64,000 nt of DNA, from positions 71,672,001 to 71,736,000 of the forward strand of contig OZ024745.1 of the NCBI GenBank assembly GCA_964016885.1, in the 5' to 3' direction. Below are positions 1 through 13,744 of this stretch, piece after piece (position 1 is the stretch's first letter; each line of letters begins with the position of its first letter). The notes under the pieces were generated by a model. That model was not told where the DNA came from. It saw nothing but the letters and a program-made list of their open reading frames with translations, and ran no database searches. This stretch comes from Eledone cirrhosa (Eukaryota). The translations under genes and the position numbers were made by a program.

Positions 1-939
1 CTAGTGACTGTATAGAGATACTTCCTTGTTGACTCGTGTTTGATTAGATTATCTAACTAGGTTAGTTGAATGAAAGAAAATGTTAAAAAAATTAAACCTA
101 TAGTCTCATAATCTAAACAGAGCTTTCTTTGGAAGATAGAAACATGAAACAATTGAATGTTTATACAATTTCACTTAGATTTAAAATAAAATGGAATAGG
201 AGGTCATAATGTCTATTTTAGTTTGAGAAGTTCATCTAAATATGTACTCTACAGCTAAGCTATTAATAGTATTGTTTCACAAGTTTTCCAACACAGTCAT
301 AGGGTGTATATTGTTGAGATGTTAAGGTGTGAGTTAACTCTTTTGTTACTATATTTCCAAAGAAAGATACTGCCTGTGATTTTCAAATAATTTTGAAAAT
401 AATCATGAATTTGGAGGGATTTAGTAATATAGCATTCTCATTATTAAGCTGATGTTGGAAAGTTTTTAGATAAATATAAACACTTTAAATAGAAGTATTT
501 TCGCCGGTTTCTAGCTATTTCTAGCAGGTTGAGACGACTATATTGGAACACAGGGTATTTGTATTTTTCATAGGTCTTAGGCATTTATTATCACTTTTGA
601 CTGTGATACATAGTTGTGAATATTTATACATTTGAAATACCATGTTTGGAAAAAATCTTTTTGTCGCATTCTTTTAAATGACACTCTTAAAGATTTATGA
701 TATCTGAAATACAATTTCCTTCAAGTTTTTAAAAACAAAATAAAAGCAAGAATGCTTCTTCACCATTTACTGCTAACTTTCATTACTGATGTGTACACTG
801 GTATCTACTTTCTATGGTAGGGCCAATAATGTAAAAACTCCATGTAGTACAGAAGTAATAATTTCAAGATCAGCTGATGAGAGTTTTGTAGTAGGCTTTC
901 ATCATATTGGATTTCATTGAACATTGAAATGAGCTACAG

Positions 940-993
<54 letters not shown>

Positions 994-995
<2 letters not shown>

Positions 996-2800
996 TGAAC
1001 AATGAAAAAGTTTAGTGCTTAATTAATTCATTGTTTTACGATCGTTTCAGTAGGTTGATTGACCATGATAAATTGATATAGTGATTAATCCGTACTAGTT
1101 AATGCAATTCCATATTATTAGTCTCAAAACTATAGATCCATCTCACCATCTTTCATCATCATCACCGTTTTACGTCCGTTCTTCCATGCTAGCATGGGTT
1201 AGACGGGTTGTCCTGTTGTGGGTAGTGTCTGGTCGGCTGACCATGCCTTGCTCATACAGGAACTGATTTTGGCTTGATTTCTACAGCTGGATGCCCTTCT
1301 TAACACCAACCTCATTTACAGTGAGTGGTGGGTGATTTTTTGCCGTGGCACCTCCACGACCACTTTGCAGTGGGTGGGTGTGGGGGCATATTGTCTATAT
1401 GCTTCAGCTTGTACCCATGGGAGGTCGGGTATTCTGTATTACTGCGTGACGCCAGAGATCACAGTCGTGTGTCATCGCCTTTGAGAGGTGTAATTGGGCA
1501 AGGTCGGCTTTTATCACCTCATCCCAGGTCTTCTTGGGTCTCCCCACTCCGCGGTTTCTATTGACTTCTAGTGCTCTGTGCCTTTTTATGCAGCTGTCAT
1601 CCTTCATACGCGTCACATGTCCATACCAACGCAACTGCCTCTCCTGCACACAGCATTTGATTCCTCTTATGCTCAGTCTCTCTCTCAATTCATTTATGCT
1701 TTGCCGTTCGCGTATATTACTATTACACATCCATCAGAGCAGGCAGGCTTCGTTTCTTTCTAATCTACGTAAGTCTTCCACCTTCAGCGCCCAGGTCTCA
1801 CTACCATGTAACATTGCTGTTCGTATACACGCATCATACAGTCTGCCTTTCATTTTGAGGGGAAAAGCCTTTTGCAGCTAGCAGTGGCAGTAGTTCCCTG
1901 AACTTCTTCCATCCCGTTCTTACCCTAGTTATTGTACTTTCTGAACACCCACCTCCGCTGCTAATTCGGTCACCTAGGTAGCAGAAGCTGTCTACTGTTT
2001 CTACAGAGCCCTCCCAGAGATTGGTGGTACTTGTTTCCTGTGGCTGTTTGCTGCTTGCTGTCCCAGCACAGCTGCTACATGTGAGGCCTACATTCTTAAT
2101 TAAGCTTCCTGAGATCCCACTACATCTCTTGTGTACCCATTGTTTGCATTTGGGGCAGAGAATGGAGTTCCTACCTACACCTTTCCTACATACTGAGCAA
2201 GGCCATTTCCCTGAGGGGATCTGGGTTCTGTTTTCTAGTCTACTTACAAGGACCTTAGTCTTTGTCAAGTTGACTTTGAGACCCTTTCTTTCTAGTCCCT
2301 GCTTCCAAGTTTGGAATTTCTTCTCTAGTTCTACCATAGATTCAGCTATAAGTGCGAGGTCATCTGCATACAGGAGTTGCCATGGGCATCCGGTCTTAAA
2401 CTCCTCCATTATTGCCTGCAGGACTATGATGAACAGGAGAGGGCTAAGAACAGAGCCTTGGTGGACACCAACCTGTACGCTAAATTCCTCATTATACTCA
2501 TTGCTAATCCTAACTTTGCTGACTGCTCCCCTATACATGGCTTGTACAGCTTTCACAAGCCATTCATCTACTCCTAGTTTTCTAAGAGCCCACCAGATTA
2601 TAGCACGTGGAACTCTGTCAAAGGCTTTCTCGAGATTGATGAATGCCAGGTAGAGTGGCTTACTTTTAGCTAGGTACTTTTCCTGAAAAAGAATCCTTCT
2701 GACTTATATCGATTTTTCATGATCAGTTGACCTTCTGAAACGATTGTAAAACATTGAACAAATTTAACACTAAACTTTACCTTTGTTTTCATTGTTCAAC
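994..2800. repeat. Old foldback element (inverted arms ~994-1082 and ~2703-2800) interrupted by the RTE LINE; each arm has a hammerhead-like GAAAC-palindrome-GTA remnant
   Basis: The reverse complement of 994-1082 aligns by eye with 2703-2800. GAAACGATCGTA lies on - at 1048-1037 and GAAACGATTGTA on + at 2737-2748. Outer ends lie near (TA)n. Confidence 0.6.
1150..2686 (-). mobile_element. 5'-truncated RTE-clade LINE (RT C-terminal half, PHD finger, C-terminus, 3' UTR with (GAT)n tail); frameshifted
   Basis: Minus ORFs 1834-2556 (GVHQGSVLSPLLF, LLYADD, FCYLG) and 1404-1730 (RWYGHV, GRPKKTW) are joined by a frameshift near 1857-1862. Homology starts at QEKYLA near 2686. The 3' UTR (1150-1403) ends in a gatgatgat tail. 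Confidence 0.93.
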
Positions 2801-3544
2801 ATATATATATTACTGATATGTATTAATATTTACAGCTACCAGATTTACTCAATTAATTTGTATGGCTTTATTCAGTAAAATTATCAACTTATTATTGTTG
2901 TTTAGCTCTAGGTCAACCTTAATTGAGCTGTGATCATAAAATTTTATTATTAGGCTTAGAACTACATTATCTAATATGCTTTTCCTTTTTTAAGACAATT
3001 GTGTGTATAATTTGAGACAGTTTTTGGTGCTATTTTTAGCAGGTTGAGTGAACGTATAGAGCCTCCTTTTGTCAGCTCAATTTGACATATCTTTACATAT
3101 TGGTATATTAATCTGGTATTTTGAATACAACTTAACAGGTTTTCACATAGAAATATAATGGAACTTCAATCTACTTAAATCTTATGTTATTCATATAATA
3201 AGAATTTGCTTAACCCTTTTATTACCACATTTCCAATGAAAGACACTGCCTATTATTTTCAAATAATTTTGAAAAGGAGTTTGGAAAGATTTAGTAAAAT
3301 AACTAATTTTCTCATTAAGTTGTTGTTTGGAACATAACAAAGATTGTTACTTAAAATTTAGATGGAAAGTTTTTAAACATAAATATTTTAAGCCTCTTGC
3401 CATATTTCTCATGAAAGACAGCCTATAATTTTCAGAGTTTTTTTAAAAAAAGAATTTGGTTGGATTTAGTAATATGTTTCTCACTATTGTGAGGGTATGT
3501 GGCATAGTAGTTATGGTGCTAGTCTTTCGATTTTATACCAAGTT

Positions 3545-3775
3545 GGTGTGAGGGTGATGGATTAGCAGTATTGGTAGAGCGTCAGTCAATATGCTTTGAG
3601 AAATACAGTTTCATCTCTTTACGTTCTGAGTTCAAATTCTGCCACGGTTAGCTTTGCCTGCCTTTCATCCTTCCGGGGTCGATAAAATAAAGTACCAATA
3701 ATGTACTGGAGTTGATTTTGACTTTCTTTTTACCTTTAAATTACTGGCCTTGTCCCAAAAGTAGAAACAATTATT
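3545..3775 (+). mobile_element. tRNA-derived SINE with Deu/Nin-type core
   Basis: B-box-like gagttcaaat followed by gcctttcatccttccggggtcgataaaataaagtacc; same family as the minus-strand copies. Confidence 0.7.
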
Positions 3776-4848
3776 AAGTCGGTGTCTGAAGCATAAATTA
3801 ACAATGGAATGGAATATTGAAAACGAGTAAGGGATGGTATCAGAAAGAATATGGCTTTAGAATACTGCTTCAAAAATGCCTTATCTAACTCGTCTCAGCA
3901 TGAAAAAAGTAAGTGTACAAACATTGATGTAGGGTGGATCAACTGTTAGAACTGAAGTATTTTTTGTCTCTAGAAGAAATCCAAGCTTTTAGATGGTTGC
4001 CATAAAAGATTATCAGAGGTTGTGAAACCTTGTTCTCTTCTTCATTCTCGCCCTTCTCATTGTCACTTTTATGTGTTTTTCCATGCTTGCAGGGGTTGGA
4101 CAAGCCCTCTTCAAAACCGTGTCACAGCACTTGTGTTCCTTTGTTTGGAAAGATTTAGTAAAATAACTAATTTAGTAAAATAACTAGCATTTGTAAAGAA
4201 TTTAAACAGTTAAGTTTTGTGTTGTTCATGTGTAGTAATGGTTTAGTGTTGTGTTTCCTTGACATTTCTTTTGGTACTGTCATGTCCTCACTGCACAATT
4301 TTATAGAGGCATATTATTCATACGTATGGAAGGTGACAAATTAGTAGGATTGTTAGATCATCAGATAAAACACCTTGTGGTAAATCTCTTTACTTTTGGA
4401 ACTCAAATCTCTCCAATTGACAAAATAAAGTACTTGTTCAGGGTGGTGGATAGGCTGGATTGTTATGGTGTTAGACAAAATGCCTTGTAGTATGTGTTTG
4501 GCTCATTAAGTAATTAGCAGCCAGGCAGGTTTAACGAACTTGTCGGTATTTAGTTACAAGATGGTGTGACGCTTTGTAAAAAAATATCTGATGGCGGGCA
4601 ACAGGAACCTACTTTTGTAGTGTTTACCCTATGAAAATTCCATGGCAAGTATATAGCACTTGTCAAGGAAATCACCAATGGTCGTTTGTCGACCTAATGG
4701 GAGTAAGGATTATTTAAGTGTGAACAAATGCTGTTCCCTTGCTAACTCTGGTACATGTGTGTTTTTATAATTAAAATTGCATATTTTCTGTTTGCTGTTG
4801 AATATTTTGAACCTATGTGTCAAAAATTTGTATGATATATATATATAT

Positions 4849-5015
4849 GAAGCAATAGCTGGTACCCCTATAGATGTTACAAAGGATCAAACTTTGTACA
4901 TCTTAAATGCCATCTGAGATTTATGCATCACAGTGTACAGTTTGCAGGGGTGGCCATAGCTCAACCTTGAAACCTAAGGTAGCGCATTATATGTTCTGTG
5001 TATGAACATAAATAA
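4849..5015 (+). repeat. Short insert between two (TA)n tracts with a hammerhead stem-III remnant
   Basis: GAAACCTAAGGTA at 4969-4981 resembles GAAACCTTTGGTA of the 62.2 kb ribozyme. No intact CUGANGA. Confidence 0.35.
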
Positions 5016-5484
5016 TATATATATATATAAATAAATATTTTGAGACCACTGTATTACTAGTATTATTGATAGAAGAGGAGTAGGATGGTGACTGTATAAA
5101 TTAGACTTGAGCCAATGTACACATATACTATCAATTGCCAGTGATATATTACAATATATCCCTCAATATTTCTACCATCTTAACCTTTTTTTACTCCATG
5201 TTCCACCACAACACCTAAAAAAAAGAATTGTCTCCTCAATATAAAAACATGTTTAGTGTCAAAAAGTTACTCCCAACTATTCAAATTGATCTCCTGTACG
5301 ATATGTGCCCCATGTCCAGAATCATTGTTTTATACCATATACACCCAAACCAGCTCTCAACTTGGGGTCCTGGACCTCTGGGGTTCCGCAATGGTAGTAC
5401 TGGGATTTGTGATCAAAGTTGAAAAATCTAAGTAATTTGTTGGAAACATTTATTTATTTATTGTTATTCTCATTGTATAATAAT

Positions 5485-5675
5485 TGTTTCTACAATAGGC
5501 ACGAGGCCAGCAATTATCCCAGTGTATTACTGGTACTTTATTTTATCGACCCCCGTTAGGATGAAAGGCAAAGTTAACCTCGACGGGATTTGAACTCAGA
5601 ATGGCAAGGGTCGTAACTCTTTGCGTCAAAGCATGGGGTCCGACCCTCTACCGATACTGACAATTCACCGCCCTC
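5485..5675 (-). mobile_element. tRNA-derived SINE with Deu/Nin-type core (young family)
   Basis: Closely similar to 8192-8378 and 26687-26872. The minus strand has gagttcaaatccc then gcctttcatcct...ggggtcgataaaataaagtaccagt. Confidence 0.8.
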
Positions 5676-6169
5676 ATTGTATTATAATGGTAGCAAGTCG
5701 GTGTGGCGGTGGGGCTTCGTGAGACAATTTGTTTAAATAATAAAAGGTCCTTGATAGTAAAAAGGTTGGGAACCATTGACCTCAATGAGCTATGATCATT
5801 CTTCAGCTGCTATGAAGATTTCTGTGCATGATATCTCAACTAACTTGTTAAGCTTTGTTATCTCCCCTTTGTTTCTAGCTCTCAGAACAGTCAATACAGC
5901 TATTTAGATTTCCCCACAACATAGAAATAGTACACTTTTTCAGTAATGGTCAACAACACACACATATCTCTGGGCTGTTTATTTGTTTTCCCTTTTTTCC
6001 CCCAAATATTTTTCAAGCTCTTATATTATGAATTATGAGGCTGCATTAAAATGAAAGAATATAAGTAAAAGAAGAAAAAAAAAACAACAAAAGAAACAAT
6101 GAAAAATATGATGCTATGTTGAAGAAAGGAGTTGGGTATAGAATTAATGAAAGAAAGGGACAGGCAGTA

Positions 6170-7330
6170 GAAGTATTTGTTGACCAAACCTGTTTTATTT
6201 TTATTAAAAGCATTTTAATAGTAATAGAAATCTTTCTTGATTTCTCTCTCTCTCTCTCGTTCTCATAAATAGTTTAGCACTAATAGAAGTATGTTGACCA
6301 GTTATGTTTGTTTTCATTTCACCCTGAAAATAGTTTGACAGTATTAGTTTTTATTGACCGTAACAGGCGTATTTGCTGACAAATTCTGATCCCCCCCCCC
6401 TTCCCAAAGAAAATAGTTTAATAGTACTAAAAATATTTGTTGACCAATTCTTTTTCTTTATTTCCACCTGTAAATAGGTAAATAGTTTGACAGTATTAGA
6501 ATTTTTTTATTGACCAAAACAGTTTGCCAGTAGCAGACTTATTTGTTGACGAATTCTGTTTTTCTCTACCTTTTTTTAAAAATTATATTTTTTTTTGCTG
6601 AAAAACAGATGACCAATTCTATTTCTCCACCCCATAGTTTAACAGTATTAGAAATACTGAGTATAATCATTTATAAACTGAGAACTATGTGACAAAAAAA
6701 AATTAAATGGTAAAATGTCTATTTTTCTGATTTTCACCAACTTCAAAAATTCTATGTAAATGAGGTGTTAAAATATTTTCACTTTGGAGGTGAATATTAC
6801 ACCGGTTTCACTTTGGAAGTGCAATTCATATTTCCTATTGTTTTTGATATGTCTTGAATGAATATGGCTTTCAAAAACGGTTGGAAATTGGTAAAGAAAA
6901 TCATTATGTAAAGGAGTTGTGAAACAAAAACTTACTCCAAAAACATTTTAAATATCAAAACATTAAAACTTAAATATATTCTCCACTCATGAGAATTTCA
7001 AAACTGCACCATCTAAACATAATGTGTTGATTACCTGTTTATAAACAGGGTTTGAATTTTTGCCCATTTCTCAGACATAAAATAGTGGTTGACTTATATT
7101 TGAGTATATATGGTATTTGTTGACCAATAACGGGTCTTTTTAGGGGGGGGGGGGGGGGGACTGAAAATAGTTTAATAGTTGACTTATAAGTTGACCAGTT
7201 AATTTTTTTTTTTGCCTTTACCTGAAAATAGTTTAACAATAGAATAATCAGTTGACAAATTCTTGCCGACCTCCCCCACACCCCGATGCACTGAAAATAG
7301 TTTAACTGTAAGAGAAATACTACTTGACTA
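6170..7330. repeat. Degenerate ~55-60 bp tandem repeat in two blocks (~6170-6660 and ~7115-7330)
   Basis: Recurrent tgaaaatagtttaa/gacagt...ttgttgaccaa units. Confidence 0.6.
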
Positions 7331-7881
7331 ATCTTGATTTAAAAAAAAAAAAAATTTCCAGCTATGGCCATTATGTTGACTGCATTGATTGATCTAATCA
7401 TGTTTATTGAATGATACTAAAATTTTGCTTGTGATTATCCCAATTTCTTATTGCTTTTTTTTTTTTTTGATCTCTGGAATGGTTTGCTAGCTCTCTCCCA
7501 ACTATTTCATGTAAAACTGTATCTTAGTGAATTTCCCAATTATTATCTTCATGCTCTTCATCTTCACTATTTCTTTCAACTTTCATTGGATAGCCTCTTT
7601 AGTTCATCTTTCATATTTTCATTCTAGTTAGAACCTCTATTTATTTACAGTAGTCCTCCTGCTACCCATCTTTTTTTAATCTCCCATCTTTCTATAACTC
7701 TGGTTCCCATTTTTCTAATATATTTCATATTTATTTATTTTTTGATAAAATCTATTTAATTTTCGAGTCTAGCAATATTTTATTATTTAATTTATAATTC
7801 TGACATTACTGAGATGATTACCTATATAACTACTACTACTACCACTACTTATAATAACAACAACAATAATAATAATAATAA

Positions 7882-8190
7882 TATGAAATCCTCAAGTGCT
7901 GGAAAAAGTTGACATGGTCATGATCTTGCCAATTGTCACCAGAGCCTTGGGAACCATTGCAAAGAATTTGAAAGTACTCTTTGGCAAGCTAGACCTAAAT
8001 CTGGGAATGGATAACAGTGTCAAAAAACACTTAAGTGGATCACCAAGAATTATCTGAAGAGTCCTTTACATAAAAGTGAGGACAGTTCGAAACAGTATGG
8101 AAAATCCTAAATAGGAGGAAGGACAAGAATACTTCATCTTAGACCATGGGATGTGGTTCAATATAAAGTGTAGCACCAGCAATAATAATA
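7882..8190 (+). mobile_element. 3' end of a restriction-like-endonuclease LINE (R4/Dong-like) in a (TAA)n tract
   Basis: Decayed YEILKCW..VMILPIVTRALGTI..II.RVL; flanked on both sides by (AAT)n; homologous to 30810-31350. Confidence 0.65.
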
Positions 8191-8191
8191 A

Positions 8192-8378
8192 TTGTTTCTA
8201 CTATTGGCACAAGGCCAGAAATTATCCAGTACATTACTGGTACTTTATTTTATCGACCCCGTAAGGATGAAAGGCAAAGTTAACCTTGGTGGGATTTGAA
8301 CTCAGAATGGCAAGGGCCGTAACTATGCGCCAAAGCATGGTATCCGACCATCTACCGATACTGCCAATTCACCGCCCT
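8192..8378 (-). mobile_element. tRNA-derived SINE with Deu/Nin-type core
   Basis: Closely similar to 5485-5675. Confidence 0.8.
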
Positions 8379-8827
8379 TATAATAATAATAATAATGATG
8401 ATAATGATGGCATTTTTGAAAATATATTTTCGACAATATCAGTAGGAATATAATTCTTAAAGATATGCAAAATCAGCAAATATATTGAATAAGAATATTT
8501 CCATTACATCGTGGCGGAACCATTTTATCCCCTCCCCCCCATTGTTATAATATATTCTTCATTTATTTCAAGGTGTCAAAATTTTCATCACACCTCTGTG
8601 ATTCGGTCACTGACTCAATTTCACAAGTCATTTGTCAAACAAATACAACTCCAATATTTTCATTATTTCTTTTTATCATTAAGAGGGCTGCCACTTCCCC
8701 AACTGAATGAAAAATCTCCTTTTTCTCATAAAGAAAGTGGAAATTTGTTCCTCTCACTACTACTACTGCTTTGGTTCATGTTATTTAACTGGCTTTGCTT
8801 GGACATTTTGACGTGATTCCTTTGTAG

Positions 8828-8937
8828 GAAAAAGAAAAGAAATATATGCTCCCTGTGGACAACTTGAAAGTTCGTGATGTCGAAGCCGGAATATTGTCGA
8901 GACGTCCTACATTTGCCCTGTTCTCTTCTGAAAATAG
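8828..8937 (+). CDS. Dnm: Dynamin PH-domain exon, alternative copy A ([37 protein letters not shown])
   Basis: tttgtag|GAA...AATAG|gtatct; 110 nt, phase 0 to 2. Matches the dynamin PH segment [17 protein letters not shown] and joins in frame to 29571. Confidence 0.95.
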
Positions 8938-9011
8938 GTATCTGGTTGCGCATTGTTTCCGTAGAAATTTTTTAGTTTGCATACAAACCATCAGCCATTG
9001 CTGAGTTCTTA

Positions 9012-9148
9012 ACTAATTGCATGCTTTTTCTGACATACTATGGTGCATAATATTGCTACATTGCTTTATCTTGCATGTTGCACACTACTAGTTAACCCTT
9101 CCTTCTTTCTGCTTGTATGTTAACTGACATGAGTTTATCTTTACTAAC
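9012..9148 (+). promoter_or_regulatory. Candidate intronic splicing elements downstream of exon A (RBFOX TGCATG x2, QKI ACTAAY x2)
   Basis: TGCATG at 9018-9023 and 9072-9077; ACTAAT at 9012-9017; ACTAAC at 9143-9148. Confidence 0.45.
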
Positions 9149-10054
9149 ATCACCTTGGCATTTATCTAAACTCCCATTTTCTACTTATTACCTCTATATT
9201 CTTCAAAATTGTCTTGCAGATTTAAAGGAAGAAAAAAACAGAACAAAAACCATTGAATTTCTTCATTTCAGAGTTTCTTGAATCAAAGAATTTTGTTTAA
9301 TCCAGATCTCTTCGAAAAGTCTAATCTTATTTTGGATAGTAGGGTTCTTTGACTTTATCAAACCAAAATATATTTTCTTAATCATTTTTATGCTGTATGA
9401 TGGGGAGACATGTAACCTAGTGGTTGGATGTTGGACTCTGTGCATTGTGTTTTTGAGCAAAATACTTCATTTCATGTTTCCCATTATAGGACTTGGGCCC
9501 CTCTCATTAAAACACCTTCTATACGATGCATCCTCATAGAATGCTTACTAACTCTGCATAGGTGTGAGCTGCAATTTTCATTTTTATTATATCATGTAGT
9601 CCCTGAATCTTTTCCACTTCATTACAGTATAACATCCATGGTACCACATTCATAGAACAGGGTTGAAAGTATAGCTACTCTAAATAATATATTTGATATT
9701 ACAGTTGTTCCAAATCCATTCAGGAAGTCTTTGAAGTATTCTGCTTGCTTCTGTTTTCCTCTTAGTATTCCACACCCAGCTGAGCATTATTACTGTCATA
9801 TGACCAATATATGTGAGCTAATTCAAGTTTAGATATAGATTTTGGCTACATATTTTGGTAACTTCTATTCCTGGAAATTCATTGTTTGCCTGAATGAGCA
9901 CTTCCGTTTTATTGATGTTAATTTTCAGATTATACATACAAACGACCAAATAACTGATGTATGTCACTTCAATCTCTAGATGATGATGTTTTTCTTTCAT
10001 CAAGCACAATTATTAATTGGATGTTTTTTTTCTTCTTTTTTGTCAAACCTCATA

Positions 10055-10120
<66 letters not shown>

Positions 10121-11386
10121 GAATCTAATGTTTGGAGTAATCATTTCGTATGTGTTGATATGGTGGAAAATTGGCTGAGTCATTAGAGCATCCAGATTTG
10201 TTCTGGCTCTCTGCACTCAGAGGTCAACTTTGCCTTTTGTCCTTTCAATGTTAAAAATAGAGTACCACTCCAAGGGCAGTGGGTTGGTGGAAATTGTTAA
10301 AGAGTCGGATATGATACTTTGCAGTATCTGATCTGACTCTTCAGATTTCACCACCTTCTTTCAGTTGTAAATGACAGATAGTGTTAGCAATGGAAAGACC
10401 AAAGGGAACATAGTTTCCTTGGCCTGCTCTGATGATCAGCTCATTTCCTTTTATATTTTAGTTCTATTTCTCTATAATATCGATGAGATAACCATATTTC
10501 TAATGAAATACATTCTATTTCAATTAATGATGAAAAATCTTTTAGGGATTTACTAAAATTATTAATTATTTATGTGAGAAGATTTTAATTTAAATAGGAA
10601 CCTTTTAAAAAGAGTGGCTCTGTTTCATAGAACTATAGCTGGTTTGGGGCAGACGGGTGTAAAAAGTGTTCATGCTTTAGATGGTAAATGATTAATCTTA
10701 AAGATTTAGATGGTGAATAATTAAAGTTAAATATTTAAGTGGAAACTTAAAAGCTTTTAGGGACTGCTTCTGAGCAAGGTAGATAACTCTGTCTGCTCCA
10801 GTTTGGCTGATAAAACCAGATTTCATTGATGGCATAGAGAAGGGAGACTTGCACACATTGGCAGTTTCTGGTCTCTTCCATAAGAAAAAAAAAAGAACCT
10901 TTTACCCAGGACACTCTCTACCTTGGAGAACAATTTTTCATTTTAGAGTTTTGATACCTGATATTTCTTTGTCTTACATAAACAATACATCCTGCTACTG
11001 ACAAAGATGAGCACTATATAACATAGTTATAAAGAATAGCTTGGTGTTACGAAGGAACCTTTTTATAGAAAAACTGTCCCAAATAGTCTTATCCAACTTA
11101 TGCCAGAACAGAAATTGCAGGCATGAAAAAGAGGGTTTGTAACCTTGGGTTATTCAATCAAGCTTCAGCAACAAATATGCTTTAAATCTTGTACTGTAGC
11201 ACATGGTCAAGTGGTTAACATGCTTGCTTTTCAATTCTCAAGTTTGTTTCAATTTCAAAGCATAACATGTAAAAAAAAGAGTGTCTTTTTACCAGAGCCT
11301 TGGGCCAGTAAATTGAAACTTCATAAGATGAACTGTATCTATAATTTGAAGTCCCAGCTTTGTCACAGTGTCACACTGATTCTGCC

Positions 11387-11651
11387 TAACCCTTTCAAAT
11401 AAATAACACTACCTATGATTTTCAAATAATTTTGAAAATAATTAAGAATTTGGAGTGATTTAATAATGCAACTAACTTCCTCGTTTTTAAGTTGTTTGGA
11501 ACATAACTTAGCAAAGGTTCTTATATAAAATTATAATTAGAGGCCCAATGCATGCTAGCCATGAAATATAGATAATAAGCCCATTAAAATAAACAACTTT
11601 GTATTGTTGAATCAGGGGCAGTTTCAGGCAGTTTGATCTCAAAAGGGTTAA
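11387..11651. mobile_element. piggyBac-like non-autonomous MITE (abundant ~220-280 bp family)
   Basis: Ends TAA|CCCTTT ... AAAGGG|TTAA. The internal ttttcaaataattttgaaaataat motif is shared with copies near 335, 3210, 15894, 28027, 36110, 43757, 48362-48660, 56592 and 56958. Confidence 0.7.
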
Positions 11652-12858
11652 GAATACAAGTGTCTGTGGAATTTTCAGCTACTCTATTCAAATGATAATA
11701 TAACAAGTAAATAACTACGTTGATCTAACAACTGGAACCTTTGTTTTTTAAACTCAATGCAGGCTCCATTTAAATTATGCCAGATAGCCAGATATGAAAT
11801 TGTTCACAGTAGGGATCCTGTTTAATTGAAAACAGTTTAATGTTTTGAATATCCATAGCTGTGTGGTTAAGGAGTTCACTTTGTAACCATGTGATTTTAG
11901 GTTTAGTCCCACTGCACAACACCTTAGGCAAGTGTCTTCTACTATAGCTTTGGGTTGACTAATACCTGGTGAATGTTAGACAAATATTTTAGAAGGTTGT
12001 CATATATATACTGGTATACCTTACTCTCGGTTGTTAATTGGTTCCAAAAATTATGACTTATGTTGAATTAACCCTGCTATAAACTGCTGATAGGCATTCC
12101 ACAGTGCTGTACTTTATGCTATATATTTTAGCATTTATTTAAATGTGATTTTATGTTTTTATTGATTTTTTTTTTTTTGTTTGTTTTTATGGTTGAATAT
12201 TTTTGGCAGATTGACATAAATTTAAGTCAAAAATAAACAATGTTTATTTTTGCCATATAATATTCAGAAAAAAATGCCATAACTGAAAATGATGAAGCCT
12301 GAAACAACGTAAGCAGAGGTATACCTGTATGTGAAATTTGGTAGATGGAAACTGCAATAACTCATCGTCGTCAGCTCGCTACTCAGAGACAATGTGTATA
12401 TCCAATTTAAAATAGGTACACCATATCCCAGCATGTAGTAAGAAGTGATTAAAAAGGTTAGTGTCAGGAAGGGTATCCGGTTGTAAAATGTTGCCACTAA
12501 AAGTTCCATCCATCTCATGCCAGCATGGAGTGATCGATGATTGTGTGTGTGTGTGTGCGCGTGCGTGTCCGTTCACCCATACCTGTATTTATGGTTATAC
12601 CTGTGTTTGTATCTCGTAAACTAGTGGTTTAACAAAAAGAAACTGAAAAATAAATATGTACCACACTTGAAAAAATAAGTACTGAGGATGATGAGATTGA
12701 ATTTAAGGGATTGCCCCAGCCTGGCCACAGTTTAATGATTGAAACAAGTAAAAGACCAACAAAATAAATCCTGTATAATTGCAAGAACAATGTTAGAAGT
12801 ACCAGTTCTCAGTTTTTATAAATATCTGCATTTTTACTTTATATCATTTCTGTGTTTC

Positions 12859-12915
<57 letters not shown>

Positions 12916-13510
12916 CCTGCCTGCCTGCGTGCGTGCGTGCGTGCGTGCGTGTGTGTGTGTGTGCGCGCGCGCGCGGCTTTGTGGGTAGAGTATTCAACTC
13001 GCAATTCTAAGGTTGTGAGTTCATTCCCTATGTTGTGTTATTGAGAAAGACAATTTTATTTTATATTACTCCAGTCCATTCAGCTGGAAAAAAAAAAATA
13101 GTTGTAGCTGTAATTCAGAGGACCAGCCTGGTTAGTCACTGTCAGGCTGAATCTCCCTGAGACATACATGGAGGTTGCATGAGCCTGTGAAATGTTCAGA
13201 CACTTACATGTTAATTTTACGAGCTAGCAGTTCCATTGATCAAATAACGAGAACACTCATCATCGAAACTGACTGAAGCCTAACACAAAAGTGTGTGGGC
13301 GAGAAAGAGAGAGTTTGAAAGTGATGCAACATCAATAAATCAATCAAACATTGCTGTTGTAACCATGACAACACACATGCAGTACAACCAACTAGTGATT
13401 TAATTAAAGGACATGTATAATTGAATATCACCCATAACCAGTGTCACACACACATACCTCACAGCTGAATTGTCTTTTTTCATAAATGCCTCTCAACATA
13501 CGTATTTAGT

Positions 13511-13742
13511 GAAGGCATGTGGCCTATTGGTTAGGGTGTCCAGCTCACAATCATAAGATCATTGGTTTGATTCCTGGATTGGATGGGATGTTGTGTTTTT
13601 AAGTACAATGCTTTGTTTCACATTGCTTTTCATGATAAAACAGGGCCTTATTATCAAAATACCCGAGAAACCTCCTATGAAATACAACCTCATATGAGGC
13701 CAACTAAATCAGCATAGATGTGAGCTGTAGATTTCATTCCCC
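13511..13742 (+). mobile_element. tRNA-derived SINE (second family)
   Basis: A-box-like tggcctattggttag and B-box-like ggtttgattcc. Body shared with copies near 9405, 29161, 34440, 39690 and 51825. Confidence 0.7.
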
Positions 13743-13744
13743 CA

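Noticed and set aside
4680-4740. GSKDY-like peptide resembling the upstream PH exon
   Set aside because: No WFVL or WYKD continuation and no matching splice sites; that exon is probably upstream of the window.
8054-8110. CTGAAGA-GTCCT..AGGAC..GAAAC hammerhead-like string
   Set aside because: Five extra bases before GAAA and no stem I or III; it coincides with the end of the RLE LINE coding remnant.
13511-13585. tRNA-like A/B boxes here and at many other sites
   Set aside because: SINE heads with decayed cloverleaves, not tRNA genes.
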